Origin: Amoebidium appalachense
Lineage: Eukaryota > Protista > Ichthyosporea
Length of the DNA stretch: 64,000 nucleotides
Assembly: GCA_963693365.1 (NCBI GenBank)
Contig: CAVNZM010000013.1
Location: 8,990,940 to 9,054,939, forward strand
Direction: 5' to 3'
Shown: positions 1-19,171 of the stretch, in pieces
How positions within the stretch are numbered: the first letter of the stretch is position 1
Layout of the letters: each line of letters starts with the position of its first letter
The notes under the pieces: generated by a model
Databases searched by the model: none
What the model saw: only the letters and a program-made list of their open reading frames with translations
Told to the model about the DNA's origin: nothing
Program-made: the position numbers and the translations under genes

Positions 1-2
1 GC

Positions 3-1833
3 CTGGCCCTGTTTTTCTTCTCTGTGCTGCACGGCTTCACGTATGCAGTGACCCTCAACATCGTCGACGAACGAATCACCCGCCTGAAGCACGAGACAGC
101 CCTGGACAAGCGAGAGGCGGGCTACACCCTCACACGGCAGGCTAGGAAGTGTGTTGTTGCCGTGGTTGAGGAGACGAGCAACCACCCAGACCTGGCCCGG
201 GCAGCCCTCGAGACTTGGGTGCCCGACACACTGACCACTTGTGACGTCATATTTGTGCTGCCTGGGGATAGTGCGGTGAAAGGGGGGGTCCTAAGGGCTG
301 GCCTGCCTGTGGTGGTGCACGGTGGGGGGGGTTTTGACGGTGACGTTGCAGCGTGGCTGTATCTGTCGGCCCACCACTACGACTACATGCTGCTGGCCAG
401 GGCACACACATACGTCAATGCAGACATGCTGGGGGACAGTCTGCAGGCACTGCCTGAAGTGCCTAAGGGCCTGTTCGGCCTGCCCAATACGACAATAGCT
501 GAAAATTCAGGTGGGGGGGGTTTCAGTTGTGTAAGACACGGGTATGTCATAGGCAGGCACACGGCAGCGGAACGGGGAGAAGAGCTGAGGTTGTGCCAGG
601 GGAATGGGACCTGTGCTGGGGTGCTAGAGAGCCTTTCCTGTGAAAAGCCCTTCTTCCCGATAGAGCATGTCGAGTGGGAGGTCACCATAGACCAGGGCGC
701 CATGTTCACCCCCGGCACCAGGAGGTGCAAAGATATTCCCAACACGCCCCCCTGCTGCTTTCTTTGAGGCCCTTTTTGTGTCCCCGCTGAATACACCTCC
801 CGAACTTCGTAACTTTTACAGACAGGTCACCAGGGGGCTCCGACCCACCCTCCCATACAATGTGTCTTGCGCTATCAGCGACAAAGCCACGTGCCAGGCA
901 GTAGTCCCCCTATACCGCAAGACGTGTGTAAACAACCCCTCGCACCAGCTCACCCTCAACCATGACTATCGGCCCGAATGTCCAGCCCCTGAGGCCGAGG
1001 ACCCAACGTCGTTCAACATTCCCGCATTTGTTTTGAGTTTAGACACCCCCGAGGCCACGGAGAATTTCGACACGGTGAGGAAACTATTCCAAGCCGCAAG
1101 GATGAAGAACATCAATCGGTTTTCTGCAACCAAGGGCAGTGCCATATACACGCCGGCGGTGATCGAGCAGATGAACACAACACTCAAGGCCGGGGAGTTG
1201 GGCTACATCGACTCCATGCGCCGAGTGTTTGTGTATGCGCTGCAGAAGAACATACCGCGCATAGTTGTCTTGGACGATGATGCACTGCCACACAAGCAGT
1301 TTGCCCGCAAATGGGCACAGATCATGCGTGAGCCCCGCTGTGGGGGGCACCTGTGGACGAGCGACAGGGGAGGCATCCTGCTGCTGGGGTCTACGGTGTG
1401 GGTCACGGGCAGCTATCCAAAGTGGAGCAAGAAGTACTACGGAGGGTGGAAAATGGCTGACGCAGACATTCGTAACGCCACACGAAATTTCGGCCGGGTA
1501 GCAGGTGGGCCGTCCATGTGCTTCAACGCCAACCCGCAGACAATGGGCTCGTTTGCAGCCGTCTACCACCGAGCAGTGTATGCGGCCATTCTCGAGTGGA
1601 TCGAGGAGGCGCAGGGCAAGAAGCCTTTTGATTGGGTCTTTGGCGAGCTGGGTGCCTCAGGGTACATTGTGCGGGCAGCATTCCCCCACTTGGTGGTGCC
1701 GGACCTCACCCACAAAAGCACCGTGGACCCCACACGGGGCACCAATGTGCCCTTGCAGAGGCGGGCACAGATCCACAAGTGGGTGTACAGCCGCTACTGC
1801 AGGGACCCGGGGGAGTGTGCCAAGGGCACGTAG
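3..1833 (+). CDS. Two-domain glycosyltransferase paralogue A (degenerate GT31/Fringe-like + GT25-like); 5'-truncated by the window edge and interrupted by a frameshift at ~691-730
   Basis: Frame 3 is open from nt 3 with a hydrophobic anchor (LALFFFSVLHGFTYAV). ORFs 24-767 and 778-1833 are colinear with the intact paralogue at 5469-7472 (AALETWV, RKTCV.NPS.QL, IP.FVLSLD, LK.GELGY.D.MRR, LDDDA.PH, PFDWV, LVVPD). Frame 1 already matches the paralogue from ~730 (KIFPTRPPAAFFEALFVSPLNTP vs STFPEIPNRRMYSAAVIHPLKRP). No introns are needed apart from the frame break. Confidence 0.8.
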
Positions 1834-1852
1834 GTGGGCTTGGAGAGTGAAT

Positions 1853-1941
<89 letters not shown>

Positions 1942-1972
1942 TACAAACACAAACGCACACGGGCGCGCACGT

Positions 1973-2091
<119 letters not shown>

Positions 2092-2549
2092 TTCATGCAG
2101 GCTCGCACGCACCAGGCACAAAAAAATGTGTGCGAATGGTTGTGCCAAGTTTTATTGATTCTTGAATGAATATTTAGCTTGTCGAGTAAAGCCCTGAATG
2201 TTCGTAAATCACCAACTTGAATGAATGGTCTTGAAATGCTAGAAGGGACGAAATTTCATACAGTGGCCCGGATGATGATGAATCTGCGATGAATTTGAGG
2301 TGCTACACTGACTGCTATATATAAGATTAATTAATATGTTTACACATAACGCCTGTGCTCACCCACATGATTGTATATGATGCTCTCTGGTGCGCATGGA
2401 GCAACCCACCTGTGGCCTACCCATGCACGTGCACTGCACGTGCCCACGCGAACCATCACGTACACACAAACGCATATTATGGTTCAACACGCCCACTGTG
2501 ACAACACACATGCGGGTCCAGTAACATACATATGTACACACACACACAC

Positions 2550-2612
<63 letters not shown>

Positions 2613-5468
2613 GCACACGCACATGCACACACACTGCACACACATGCGCACGCACACACATGCACACGGTCTTTTAAATGTTCAAAGTTTATTTCGTATA
2701 TGTACACTGCGGGCTAGGAACGGCGCTCCCCCCGCCCCCCGCCCCCTCCCTTCCTCCCTTCCCCCTCCCGGGGCCCGTCCCCTTCTCCCCCTCCCCCACC
2801 AGCCGGCTCCCCTCCCCCCTCTCCCCTTCCCCCCCCCCCCCCCCTCCCCCCCCAAAAAAGTTGACGCACAAACACGAAACACATACACAACACGTCACGC
2901 ACACACAGGCACACACACACACACAGAGAGAGACGCGCACGCACGAGCGCGCGCACGCGCGCACAAGTACTTGCACACACGCACACGTACAGCGACACAA
3001 CGCGCGTACACGCGCACGTACGCGTGGCAGCATGCACATGAACACGCACACTGACATACACGCCTCACGCACATACCCACACGTACACACAAACGCACAC
3101 GCCGTCACACACACAAAAACACACAGACACGCACTTACACACACACAAGCACACACGAAAATGCACAGGCACACGCGCGCACACGCAGCCACGCGCACTC
3201 GCACACGCACATGTACACACACACGCAGGATTTGCAGTATTTATACCAATCCAGTTCTCGAAGTTATTGAACGAACACACCTGTGTACTAATAAACTGCG
3301 TGACTGTACTGGTGTATCCGAGGCACGTGTACAGTACAGCATTTCACGTGTACACTCCACTTGTTATATCACCGTCAAGTCGGAGGATTTCGGGCCATTA
3401 CCGGCAGTGGTATTCACTGTCTCCCTGCTGCCTTTCTTGTTTTTGTTTTTTTTTGTGTTGCCGCAGCGTCGTATAGACCAATTTAGATTTACTAATTGAG
3501 AATCTCAATGTGTTTGCTTCGCTCTAAAGAGATCCAGCCAGCCGAACTGGCGAAATGAAGGGCTGGTCATATACCAAATCCTGCTTATAATGCTTAAAAT
3601 CAATAATCTGAATAGAAAAGGGGTTTTGCTCCATTAGTAAATTATTTGATAAACAAAGCGACAAGCAATTTTTGTATAAGCAACATGGGGTGTCCGGCGC
3701 CTATTTCGTAGCGAAAACAGGCAAAAAAACATAATTTCATCATAGACGATCGACCTCGAAAAAATCATTTCTAAACCGGTCTATAGGGGGTTTACACACT
3801 TTTTATTGCGTGGACACTGCCGGAGGCCCAGCCACATTCGACGGCCTACTGGCCGGTGGGCGGTCGTGCGAATCTCCCTAGAGCGTACCTAAGCAAAACC
3901 TTCTGTGATTGGTTGTGCGGGGCCTGGATAGGGCGAGGGTCGATCTAGAGGAATATGGTGACGTCAACATTCATCCCTGCACTGACTCATATTTGAAGTA
4001 CATAGCAGAATTAGCAGCAGGTACACCACTCGCTCATTTTTCATTTGTTTCAGCATAAAATGGCTCGTGTAGAGTGAAGATAAATTAGAACACGCTTTTC
4101 CTTTGATACGAAGGTATGCTATCGCGCACCTACCATCACGACATCATCCAGGCGCCGCACACATGTACTGTAGCAACAATGTTGTTGTTTTTGAAAGTTT
4201 TTGCCTCGTTTAGATCGCACGATATGATTTGCAGATTTTCCTACCTACCCACACCATGGCCACCAGATAGTCTCCCCCGCTCAGTATCATTACAGGTTGT
4301 ATGATGCTACATATATGCGCATATTAAGCACAGGCAAGTTGCAGTTGTTGCAAACGCCACTATGATGCAGCTAAATGTACATCCTATACTAAACTGAACA
4401 AACATCTCCACATCGAAGTAGAATGATACCATAATATGTGGGCTATCTCTTGCTTGAAATTTCATGAGTCAACGACCTGACTATCCTGGAATAAATGCCT
4501 TCCTCTTACATGTCACGATTAGTGCTTGATACACCCTTCTGCACATAATAAAAAGCCAGGAAAACAAAAAAATGTGAACATATAGTTATAAAAGTTCATT
4601 GGAAAACAGAGCAGCCCTTTAGCAGCAAAAAGTTTCAAAATAGAGACCACGTCTCACATTAATGATAGCTCAGCAATGTGATGTATTATCCGGCCGCAAA
4701 TCAAAGTCTAAGGGGATTCAATAGGGCGCCGCAGATTGGCTGTGCTCAGAGCCTCAGATGACGATAAGATATTGGTAATTTGGTATCATGTTTCTAATTA
4801 TAACTTCGAAGCTGCATAGCAGTTGAAAAAGCAGGGAAATTGTCAGCGAGTATTAAATAGGGCGGGCGAAATAACGAGCAATAATATTTTACTTGTTAGA
4901 TACTGAATTGATTATAATAAAGTTTTCTCGATATTGATGAGAATTGCTCTTGCTTTGACACAGAGTGACACACCCCCTAGAGCTTTCAGCAACAATTGGA
5001 TGGGTATTGCACCAATGACAGGACGTGGTTGCCAGGCTGACAGATCTATTCGTTCCCTCAAATAGCCTTGCACACATTGTCACGGTGTTTCAGTATAGCC
5101 CACAATAACACCACCTATTAGCAGCTTCAAGACGTAACGTGTGCAAACGAGGCCTGTAGTACCAGCTCACACTCACACAATAGCCACATTCGTCTTGGCA
5201 TTCAGTTGTTTCGATGTTCCGTAGGATACGTTTGGTTTCTTCGTTGGGCATTTTGGAATTCGTTGCACACAAATCTGCTCCTCAGCTCATTAGCACCTCG
5301 TAGGATTGAAACAGAACTTGCACCAGACGAATGTTAGTGTCAACCCGACCCACATGGCTGAAGTTCTAGTTGCTACGAGTTAGTATTTACTTTATAGCAA
5401 ACACTCCAGGCACGATCACACGGGCAGCACGCAGGCCCTCTATGGGCAGGTAGTGGCAGGCAGTCAAG

Positions 5469-7472
5469 ATGGCAGCCAAGGGGTCTCTTAGGACCCCCCA
5501 CCTCACCCGGCGGGCCAGGCACACGCTGCTTGTGGTGGTGGCCCTGCTGGCCCTGTGTGTGTTCCTGTTCAGTGACACCACCTACAGTGTGCGGGCAGTG
5601 GTTTACTCGACCGTCAACCGTAGGAATGTGTTTCTTAAGTACGAGCTGGACATAGAGAGCGAAGATGGCACCCCCCACCCGTTTGTGCATGACTATCCAC
5701 CCACTATCCCGGGCAAGGGCGCCGGCAGGTGCTTTCTAGGCGTGGCCTCGTCCATACCCCTGCTAAGCACACTCTCAAAGGCAGCTCTGGAAACATGGGT
5801 GGTGCCCGTGTCAGAACTCTGCGACATTCGCTTTTTCGTGGGTCAGGGAGATATACCCCCGGAACAGCACGAGATATATGCGGGGAGGATAGTGCAGCTG
5901 GCCGTGGCGGACGACTACCCGCCCATCGACAAGGTGTTTGGCATGTGGAGCTACATGCACTCACAGAGGCACCTCTACCAGTGGTTCGGCAAAATAGACG
6001 GGGACTCGTATGTGAATGCTGCGCAGTTTGCACGGCTACTCGAGCACCTGAAGGACAAGAGGACGGGGTACTACGGGGTGAGGGGCTACGGCATAGATGA
6101 GCAGAGGGACCAGCTGGGGCTCAGACAGCCCTACTGCCTGGGCCTGGGCCACATGGTGGGGGTCGATACGCTGGCCCACATAGGACCCCACCTGGCCCAG
6201 TGCTCTAGGGGAAATGTTTCGCTTTGGGACGACGTGGAGCTGGGGCGGTGCCTCGACTACTTTGCGGACCTGCCGTGCAGCCAGAGCCCCGTGCTGTTCG
6301 AGCACCTGTACTACCAGACTGTGGGCCAGCACATAGTGCCCTCCTCGTGGATGAACGCCAGCGTCGAGACGAACACTATTGCTTACAAGCCCATCCGCTC
6401 CACCTTCCCCGAGATACCAAACAGGAGAATGTATTCCGCAGCCGTCATACACCCCCTTAAGCGCCCCGAGTTCTTCTACCGTTTCCACCGGCAGGTCACC
6501 CAATACCTCAGACCCCCCCTGCCTGACCTTCTCAACCCGCACAAATGTCGCGACCTTCAGGAGGGGGTGTGCATGCAGGCAGTGTCGGAGTATCGCAAGA
6601 CGTGTGTGCATAATCCGTCTGTGCAGCTGGAGATGAACAATATCCATAAAAGGGAATGCCCCGCACCCTCAGCCGAGGAGCACATAGACACTAACATCCC
6701 CACCTTCGTCCTGTCTCTCGATGCCCCCCAGGCCGCTGAGCGCTTTGCCAACCTTAGCAAGATCCTACACCGCCATGGGGTGTTTGATGTGCGGCGGTTC
6801 TTTGCCACCAACGGGAAGGCTGTGTTTGCAAACGTAACGGGTACCCTCAAGCCCGGGGAGCTGGGCTATGTGGACACCATGCGGCGCATCATCAGGGAGG
6901 CACGTGACCTGGGCCTGCAGCGCATCATCATCCTTGATGACGACGCTATGCCCCACGTGGACTTTGGAAGAAAACTGCGGCAGGCGCTAAATGACAGGCG
7001 GTGTGGCAACCACATGTTCACTAGGGACCAGGGGGGGGTCGTAATGCTCGGGTGCACAATTTACTCCAACGGCACATATCCGAGATACAACGACAGGTGG
7101 CTGGGTGGATGGAATTTGGCGGATGCAGATAGGAAAAACCACACGGCGAGGAGGGCCCATGCGCAGTGCTTCAACGTCAACCGCATGGTGGTGGGGTCCT
7201 ATGCGGCCATGTACCATCGCAGCACCTATGACACCATCCTCCAATGGCTGGAGGACACACGTGGCCAGACGCCATTTGATTGGGTGTACCACGAATTAGC
7301 CAAAAAAGGCTATATTGTGCGGTCGCTCTTTCCTAATTTGGTGGTGCCGGACATCAACCATCCATCCACCACAGACCCCGAGCGGCCGGACGAGACAAGG
7401 AGCCCACTGGAGAGGGCCAAGGTGCACAGGTGGGACTTTAAAAAGTACTGCGGCAACCCGGCAAAGTGCTAG
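5469..7472 (+). CDS. Intronless type II membrane glycosyltransferase paralogue B: N-terminal TM anchor, GT31 (galactosyltransferase/Fringe)-like domain, GT25-like domain
   Basis: 667-aa ATG-TAG ORF with a TM segment LLVVVALLALCVFLF. GT31-type motifs WFGKIDGDSYVN (DxD) and WDDVELGRCL. GT25-type motifs FVLSLD...ERF...F.ATNG...LKPGELGY...IIILDDDA. Confidence 0.88.
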   Translation: MAAKGSLRTPHLTRRARHTLLVVVALLALCVFLFSDTTYSVRAVVYSTVNRRNVFLKYELDIESEDGTPHPFVHDYPPTIPGKGAGRCFLGVASSIPLLSTLSKAALETWVVPVSELCDIRFFVGQGDIPPEQHEIYAGRIVQLAVADDYPPIDKVFGMWSYMHSQRHLYQWFGKIDGDSYVNAAQFARLLEHLKDKRTGYYGVRGYGIDEQRDQLGLRQPYCLGLGHMVGVDTLAHIGPHLAQCSRGNVSLWDDVELGRCLDYFADLPCSQSPVLFEHLYYQTVGQHIVPSSWMNASVETNTIAYKPIRSTFPEIPNRRMYSAAVIHPLKRPEFFYRFHRQVTQYLRPPLPDLLNPHKCRDLQEGVCMQAVSEYRKTCVHNPSVQLEMNNIHKRECPAPSAEEHIDTNIPTFVLSLDAPQAAERFANLSKILHRHGVFDVRRFFATNGKAVFANVTGTLKPGELGYVDTMRRIIREARDLGLQRIIILDDDAMPHVDFGRKLRQALNDRRCGNHMFTRDQGGVVMLGCTIYSNGTYPRYNDRWLGGWNLADADRKNHTARRAHAQCFNVNRMVVGSYAAMYHRSTYDTILQWLEDTRGQTPFDWVYHELAKKGYIVRSLFPNLVVPDINHPSTTDPERPDETRSPLERAKVHRWDFKKYCGNPAKC

Positions 7473-7843
7473 CCAATAGCACTGGGGGATATGTAGCCTT
7501 ATATAGTGTGTGTCTGTATAGATGAGTCACGGGATTGTTTAGCTCCTCATTTGAGTAGGCCCCCCTGTCCCCACCATACGTGCCCCCCCCCCCCCCCCCC
7601 CCCCTTCCCCCCCCCCTCCCCCCCAAAGCGGCAAATGCCCAACAGCCCCCCTGCTGCAGAAGCATGGGCAGACACGTAGCCTCAATGCGCCGTAGCGACG
7701 CCTTCAGTAGTATATTTTGAAGACCATTAGATGAATGACAGTGCACATATGTGATGTAAAATATAATGCATGTATATGATTGGTAAATATCGTTTAAATA
7801 CATATAGGATGGGGCTGGCCCCCAAGCACGTACTGGACACTGA

Positions 7844-7891
<48 letters not shown>

Positions 7892-8252
7892 AAGAAAGAA
7901 AGAAAGAAAGAAAGAAAGAGAGAAAAAAAGAAAGGCAAGCACACGAAGATAATCACCAAACTCAACCCAGCCAATCAACTGCTTAGTTATAATGCGAGAA
8001 GTTTGAAACGCAGTGAATGCAACGGTGGTGGTGCGAGTGTGTGGTGTGTGTGTCTGTGTGTAAGGGGGGGTGCACGGTACAACTTACGAAGTACACATTC
8101 CGACAAAACAATGCAACACACTTATGTAAGACGTACATATATAATACTCGTTATAAGCATAAACCCGGGGGGGGAAGGTGTTAGGAGGGGGAAGGGGAGG
8201 GGAGGGGCGGGGGGAGGGGGGGGGGGGGAGGGGGAATTTCTGGTGCCAATAA

Positions 8253-8284
<32 letters not shown>

Positions 8285-9687
8285 ACACACACGTACGCGC
8301 GCACGCACGCACGCACGCATGCACGCAGACACGCACGCACACACGCATGCACGAACACACACACACACACACGCACACACGCACATGCGTACACACGTAC
8401 GTACACACACCACACCATCATCACCACCACCACCAACACCTCACCCGCACACCCACACGCACACAGCTTTGGGGCTCCCGATCTTCGTTTCTTATTACGA
8501 ATACCCCCGTTACCACTGGGTTCTTGCAGGTTGCAATTCGTTTGTGCAACTCTGCACCCAGTCACTTGCCTTCCTTGTTTCAATCATAATAGATGGCTAT
8601 CATAGGGATGGCACGGGAAGAGGAAAGAAAGAAGGGGAACAGGAAAAAAAGAAAGAAGGAACAAAGGTAAGAAACATTTGATAGATAGAAAGAAAAAAAA
8701 TCCGTAGAGAAAGAAAAGAAACTAACCAACGTCGGAAATAAACGAAAACTCGAAGAAACAAGGGAAGAAAGAATGACAGAACAGAAAGGCAACGGTTTCT
8801 TTTTGACAACACACAGTGAGTTGTTGATATCCATCACGATGATAGCATGAACGTGTAGCCTTGATGGGGTCGAGGCGGGCAAGGCCGCCCCATTGGGTGG
8901 GGAGGGGGGGGGGGGGGGGGGGGGGGTGAGGGGGAGAGAAAGGGGGGGGGGGGGGGGGGGGGGGGGGGGGATTTGGGGGAATTCTTCATAGCCTGAGATG
9001 AATCTTAAGACTATTCGTATGCCGGGATGCCTCTACCTCATTGCATCCATTGATGCAGCGGTATTTCCTAGCTATAGGCCTGACACGCCATATGCCATAC
9101 ATGTGCAGGCACACGCACACTTTCCACACACAAATGTGCATGCCTCATGCCTGCTTGCACCATCCATCTTGGAGCCATCGACGGAGCAACTGCCAAGTGA
9201 TGGTAATGTCACTCTCTCCGGAGCACTCAAAGGCTGGCCGGAACGCACTAGAACACCCTAGTACATGCCAGCGCATAGAAAGATGGTGCCAGACTGTCGC
9301 ATTAGCCACGTGGCAATCACATGGTGCCTGGCAAGGAACACCGTTGCCTTCCGCTTGAACTTAATTGATAACTGCCATTTATGGTTATGGAAAGAGACAT
9401 GTGGTTGGATGCACAGCAATAGCACGCCAAGCTGCAACACAGAGCGGGAGCAAAGCCAACGTCAAATTTGCCATATGGAAATCAAAGTTGCAATTACAAG
9501 CGTTGGAGATGTCAGCTTTTTTCAAAGCCATAGCTTTTCGGTTCAATTGGGAGGGCTTTTCGTTACAGAATAACAGGAATGTAAAAGGAATGTAAAAATA
9601 ATACAAAATTCGTGATTCTCAAATGCCAGCTGGCTGTATACAGCTGCGTGCTGAGTTTGGGATATGATACCAATAAGCAAGCTGAAA

Positions 9688-9720
<33 letters not shown>

Positions 9721-9864
9721 ACATAGGTAGATAAGCATACATCATACGTCACAGATGCTTGGCGAGCATAAAAAGGACACATTTGATTGGCTGGCTAGGA
9801 CGAACAATTCAAGTATTGTTAACTGCCCATCCACCGATAGCCTGTTAGTGGTGGTGGTGGTGCT

Positions 9865-9904
<40 letters not shown>

Positions 9905-9967
9905 CTGGGATAGATTACAGTCCACATTCATGGTTTGCAACACAACAAAATGCAAACCTGAAAAGAT

Positions 9968-10049
<82 letters not shown>

Positions 10050-10101
10050 TGTGTGTGTGTGTGAGAGAGAGAGAGGTGTGTGTGTATGTGTGTGTGTGGG
10101 T

Positions 10102-10217
<116 letters not shown>

Positions 10218-10416
10218 TAGCATCCGGAAAGAGTTTCATGGTAAGGCCGTGCATGGGCATTGAATGTCTGTGCGGCCCATTATTTTTCAATAAAAAAAAG
10301 GTGTAAACGCTGCAGATAAATTTGTGATCAAATGAGAACACACTTGAAGTAGCCTTGCTCCCCTTTTACATTGTTCAAACTGTAACAAACGAAGCCCTGG
10401 TCATCTCAGGCTCGAT

Positions 10417-10552
<136 letters not shown>

Positions 10553-10857
10553 ACACGTGTGTGCGAGGAAGGGGTTGGCATGTGAAAAAACCCGGCAACA
10601 TTCTTTTGAAATATCTTTAATTAATCATCAATTTACTTAGTTGTCCCGCACCCTTCTGATTGGTCAATATCTCTAAATTCCTTCAACACCTCGCTGTCTA
10701 GCGGCATCTTTAGAAAAAAAAAAAACAACGTCTAAAATCTAAAATCATGCATTATGCCCCTGTGTTGCGCCCTTCACATGTCTACTTTCCGCTCATTCCT
10801 ACACCCAACCACACCCAAACTAAAACACCTTCACCCCATATCTTGGCCCCCCACCCT

Positions 10858-17183
<6,326 letters not shown>

Positions 17184-18451
17184 GTCTACCGGCACATACC
17201 GCTCTGTGTACAGCTTAGGCGTGCAGCACACGTGAAACCAGCCCCGGCAGTATGAGCCAGTAGTACTCAGCCTCCAGTGTCCAGTCGGACCTCGACGTCG
17301 GGCGTCGTCTAGCCTGCAGACTGCCGCAGTGCCGGTGCCCGGCGGCGGTGGTTCAATGGTTTGTACTGAATAGCCAATCAGAAACAAAGACGAATGAAAG
17401 GGTTCATCTTAAGACCATACATGGAAATGTTCTTAGTTCAGGGTTTTAAACTAGCATGGCCCATTACAGCGCTAAGTTAGCGGGTACTGTAGCTACTGTT
17501 TCATTATACTAGTGGTGAACAATAGGCTTATACCAAGATTTTGTTATAAGGTTTAATAAATAAGAAAATCTATGTTGGAAAATGGGCTTGTCACAGAGAG
17601 TTTTAGAAATTCAGTGGAGTCCATATCATATGATGTGCAGGATGTGCGAACAATTAGTAGCCCTGTAAAATACCAATTTCGAAAGTGACCAATAACATGG
17701 CTACCCTGTTACATCATGATGAGCAAATGCTGATATCATGGAAAGACACTGTGACTTTTATCCAATTAAGAATAAATACTTAAAAGTGCTCTATATATTA
17801 TTATCATCATTTTTGTTAGATCATTTTTGGTAAAGTAGTTTGTCGGTCAATTTATAGCATTAAAACAAATATGATAGGTATGATAGGGTTATTATGTTAT
17901 CAATGGCGTATAAGTACACAAAAAAATAAGGGCTGTAACAAAATATCGAGCATTTGAGGCTAAAACAAAACAACCAATCATGGTTGTCCACCGCACTCTG
18001 CTCATTGGCGTATGAAGAATTCAGCATAGAAAACCTTCCTGAGATGGGGTTCATTATTCTTCTCATATATATATAACAAAAATAAATATTGACAAAGACT
18101 ATAAAAGTACAAAAAAGACCAAAAAAGAAATGCAAGAAGGCCATTTTTGAATATCAAGAGGTTTGATTCTATATTAGATTGATCTAATAATAAAAGCATG
18201 TGGTGCCTATGCAAGCTCTGCTATAAACCTCGTTTTTGATCGACTGTATTTTTCACTAAAGGTATCCCCTAATTTGATCTCCGAGAGTATGAGCCAAGTA
18301 TAAATTCTAGACTCGACCAGTTTCAGTGTCAGTCTGTGTCAGTCTCAGTCTGTCTGGCGCTGCCCATCGGAGAGTACGCAGCCTAGTACTACAGTTCCAG
18401 GGCTTTCTGTATCGTCAGCTTCTTTCTCCACTTTCTTCACTTTACAGCAGA

Positions 18452-19171
18452 ATGACTCACAACGGCCCAAATAAGCTCCAGGGCAGCGACAACCCCCCTC
18501 ACACCTATGAGCTGTATCCCACGCTGGGGACCTACCCGCCACCACCGCCTGGTGCGCCCTACCCACCCCCCTATGGGCCCTATGACTCGTACCAGGCCGG
18601 CCCTGCCCTGGTGACCGCACCCACACCCACGCAACCCCCGGCCCACGCGTGTGAGCGTATGCCCCTGGTAGCTGAGGCCCAGCCGCCACAGCCCCCCCGC
18701 AGCACGGTGACCACAGTCACCACCACCGTGGTGTCCTCGGGGGCAGAGGCCTTCACTGCTGAGACAGGCTGTGGGGAGGAGTGCCTGAGTGCCCTGTGGC
18801 TGTGGGCGGGGTTGGCCTGGATCGTGACAGTTCTCTACTGGATGTGTGGTCTGTTCTTCCTGCTCACCATAGTGGGCATACCCATAGGCCTGGACGCTAT
18901 GCGTGCAGCACGGTTGATGCAGGTCTGCAACGGCAAGAGGCTGGGCTGGAGGGGGGAGCGGCAGAGCGGGGTGTGTCTGGTGACAAAGTGTGTGTGCTGG
19001 TTCCCCTTTGGCCTCATCATTGCCGCCACGCACTTTGTGTTTGGCGCCTTTCTGTGCCTGACTCTTGTGGGCATACCCTACGGCGTGGTGCACTTTAGGC
19101 TGGTGCCTGTGGCCATGTGCCCGTTTGGGCTGGTCCTGCTGGAGGAGAAGGCTACGGTCTATGGTGTGTGA
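18452..19171 (+). CDS. Intronless YccF (DUF307) double-repeat membrane protein with a Pro/Tyr-rich N-terminal tail
   Basis: ATG at 18452 within ORF 18326-19171. Two YccF-type repeats: GLFFLLTIVGIPIG...AARL and GAFLCLTLVGIPYGVVHFRLVPVAMCPFG. Confidence 0.85.
   Translation: MTHNGPNKLQGSDNPPHTYELYPTLGTYPPPPPGAPYPPPYGPYDSYQAGPALVTAPTPTQPPAHACERMPLVAEAQPPQPPRSTVTTVTTTVVSSGAEAFTAETGCGEECLSALWLWAGLAWIVTVLYWMCGLFFLLTIVGIPIGLDAMRAARLMQVCNGKRLGWRGERQSGVCLVTKCVCWFPFGLIIAATHFVFGAFLCLTLVGIPYGVVHFRLVPVAMCPFGLVLLEEKATVYGV

Noticed and set aside
765-767. TGA read-through or selenocysteine in glycosyltransferase A
   Set aside because: The downstream homology is in a different frame and begins before this TGA, so it is a frameshift rather than read-through. 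Other genes use TGA and TAG as normal stops.
3820-3900. GC-rich segment that might be a tRNA or tRNA-derived SINE
   Set aside because: No T-loop GTTCRA consensus or cloverleaf could be formed.
8998-9600. Short ORFs in non-repetitive intergenic DNA (also 3240-5350, 25900-27700, 39500-40160, 60590-61000)
   Set aside because: No recognisable domain, no consistent exon chain and no clear coding-like bias. Small or non-coding genes cannot be excluded without transcript data.
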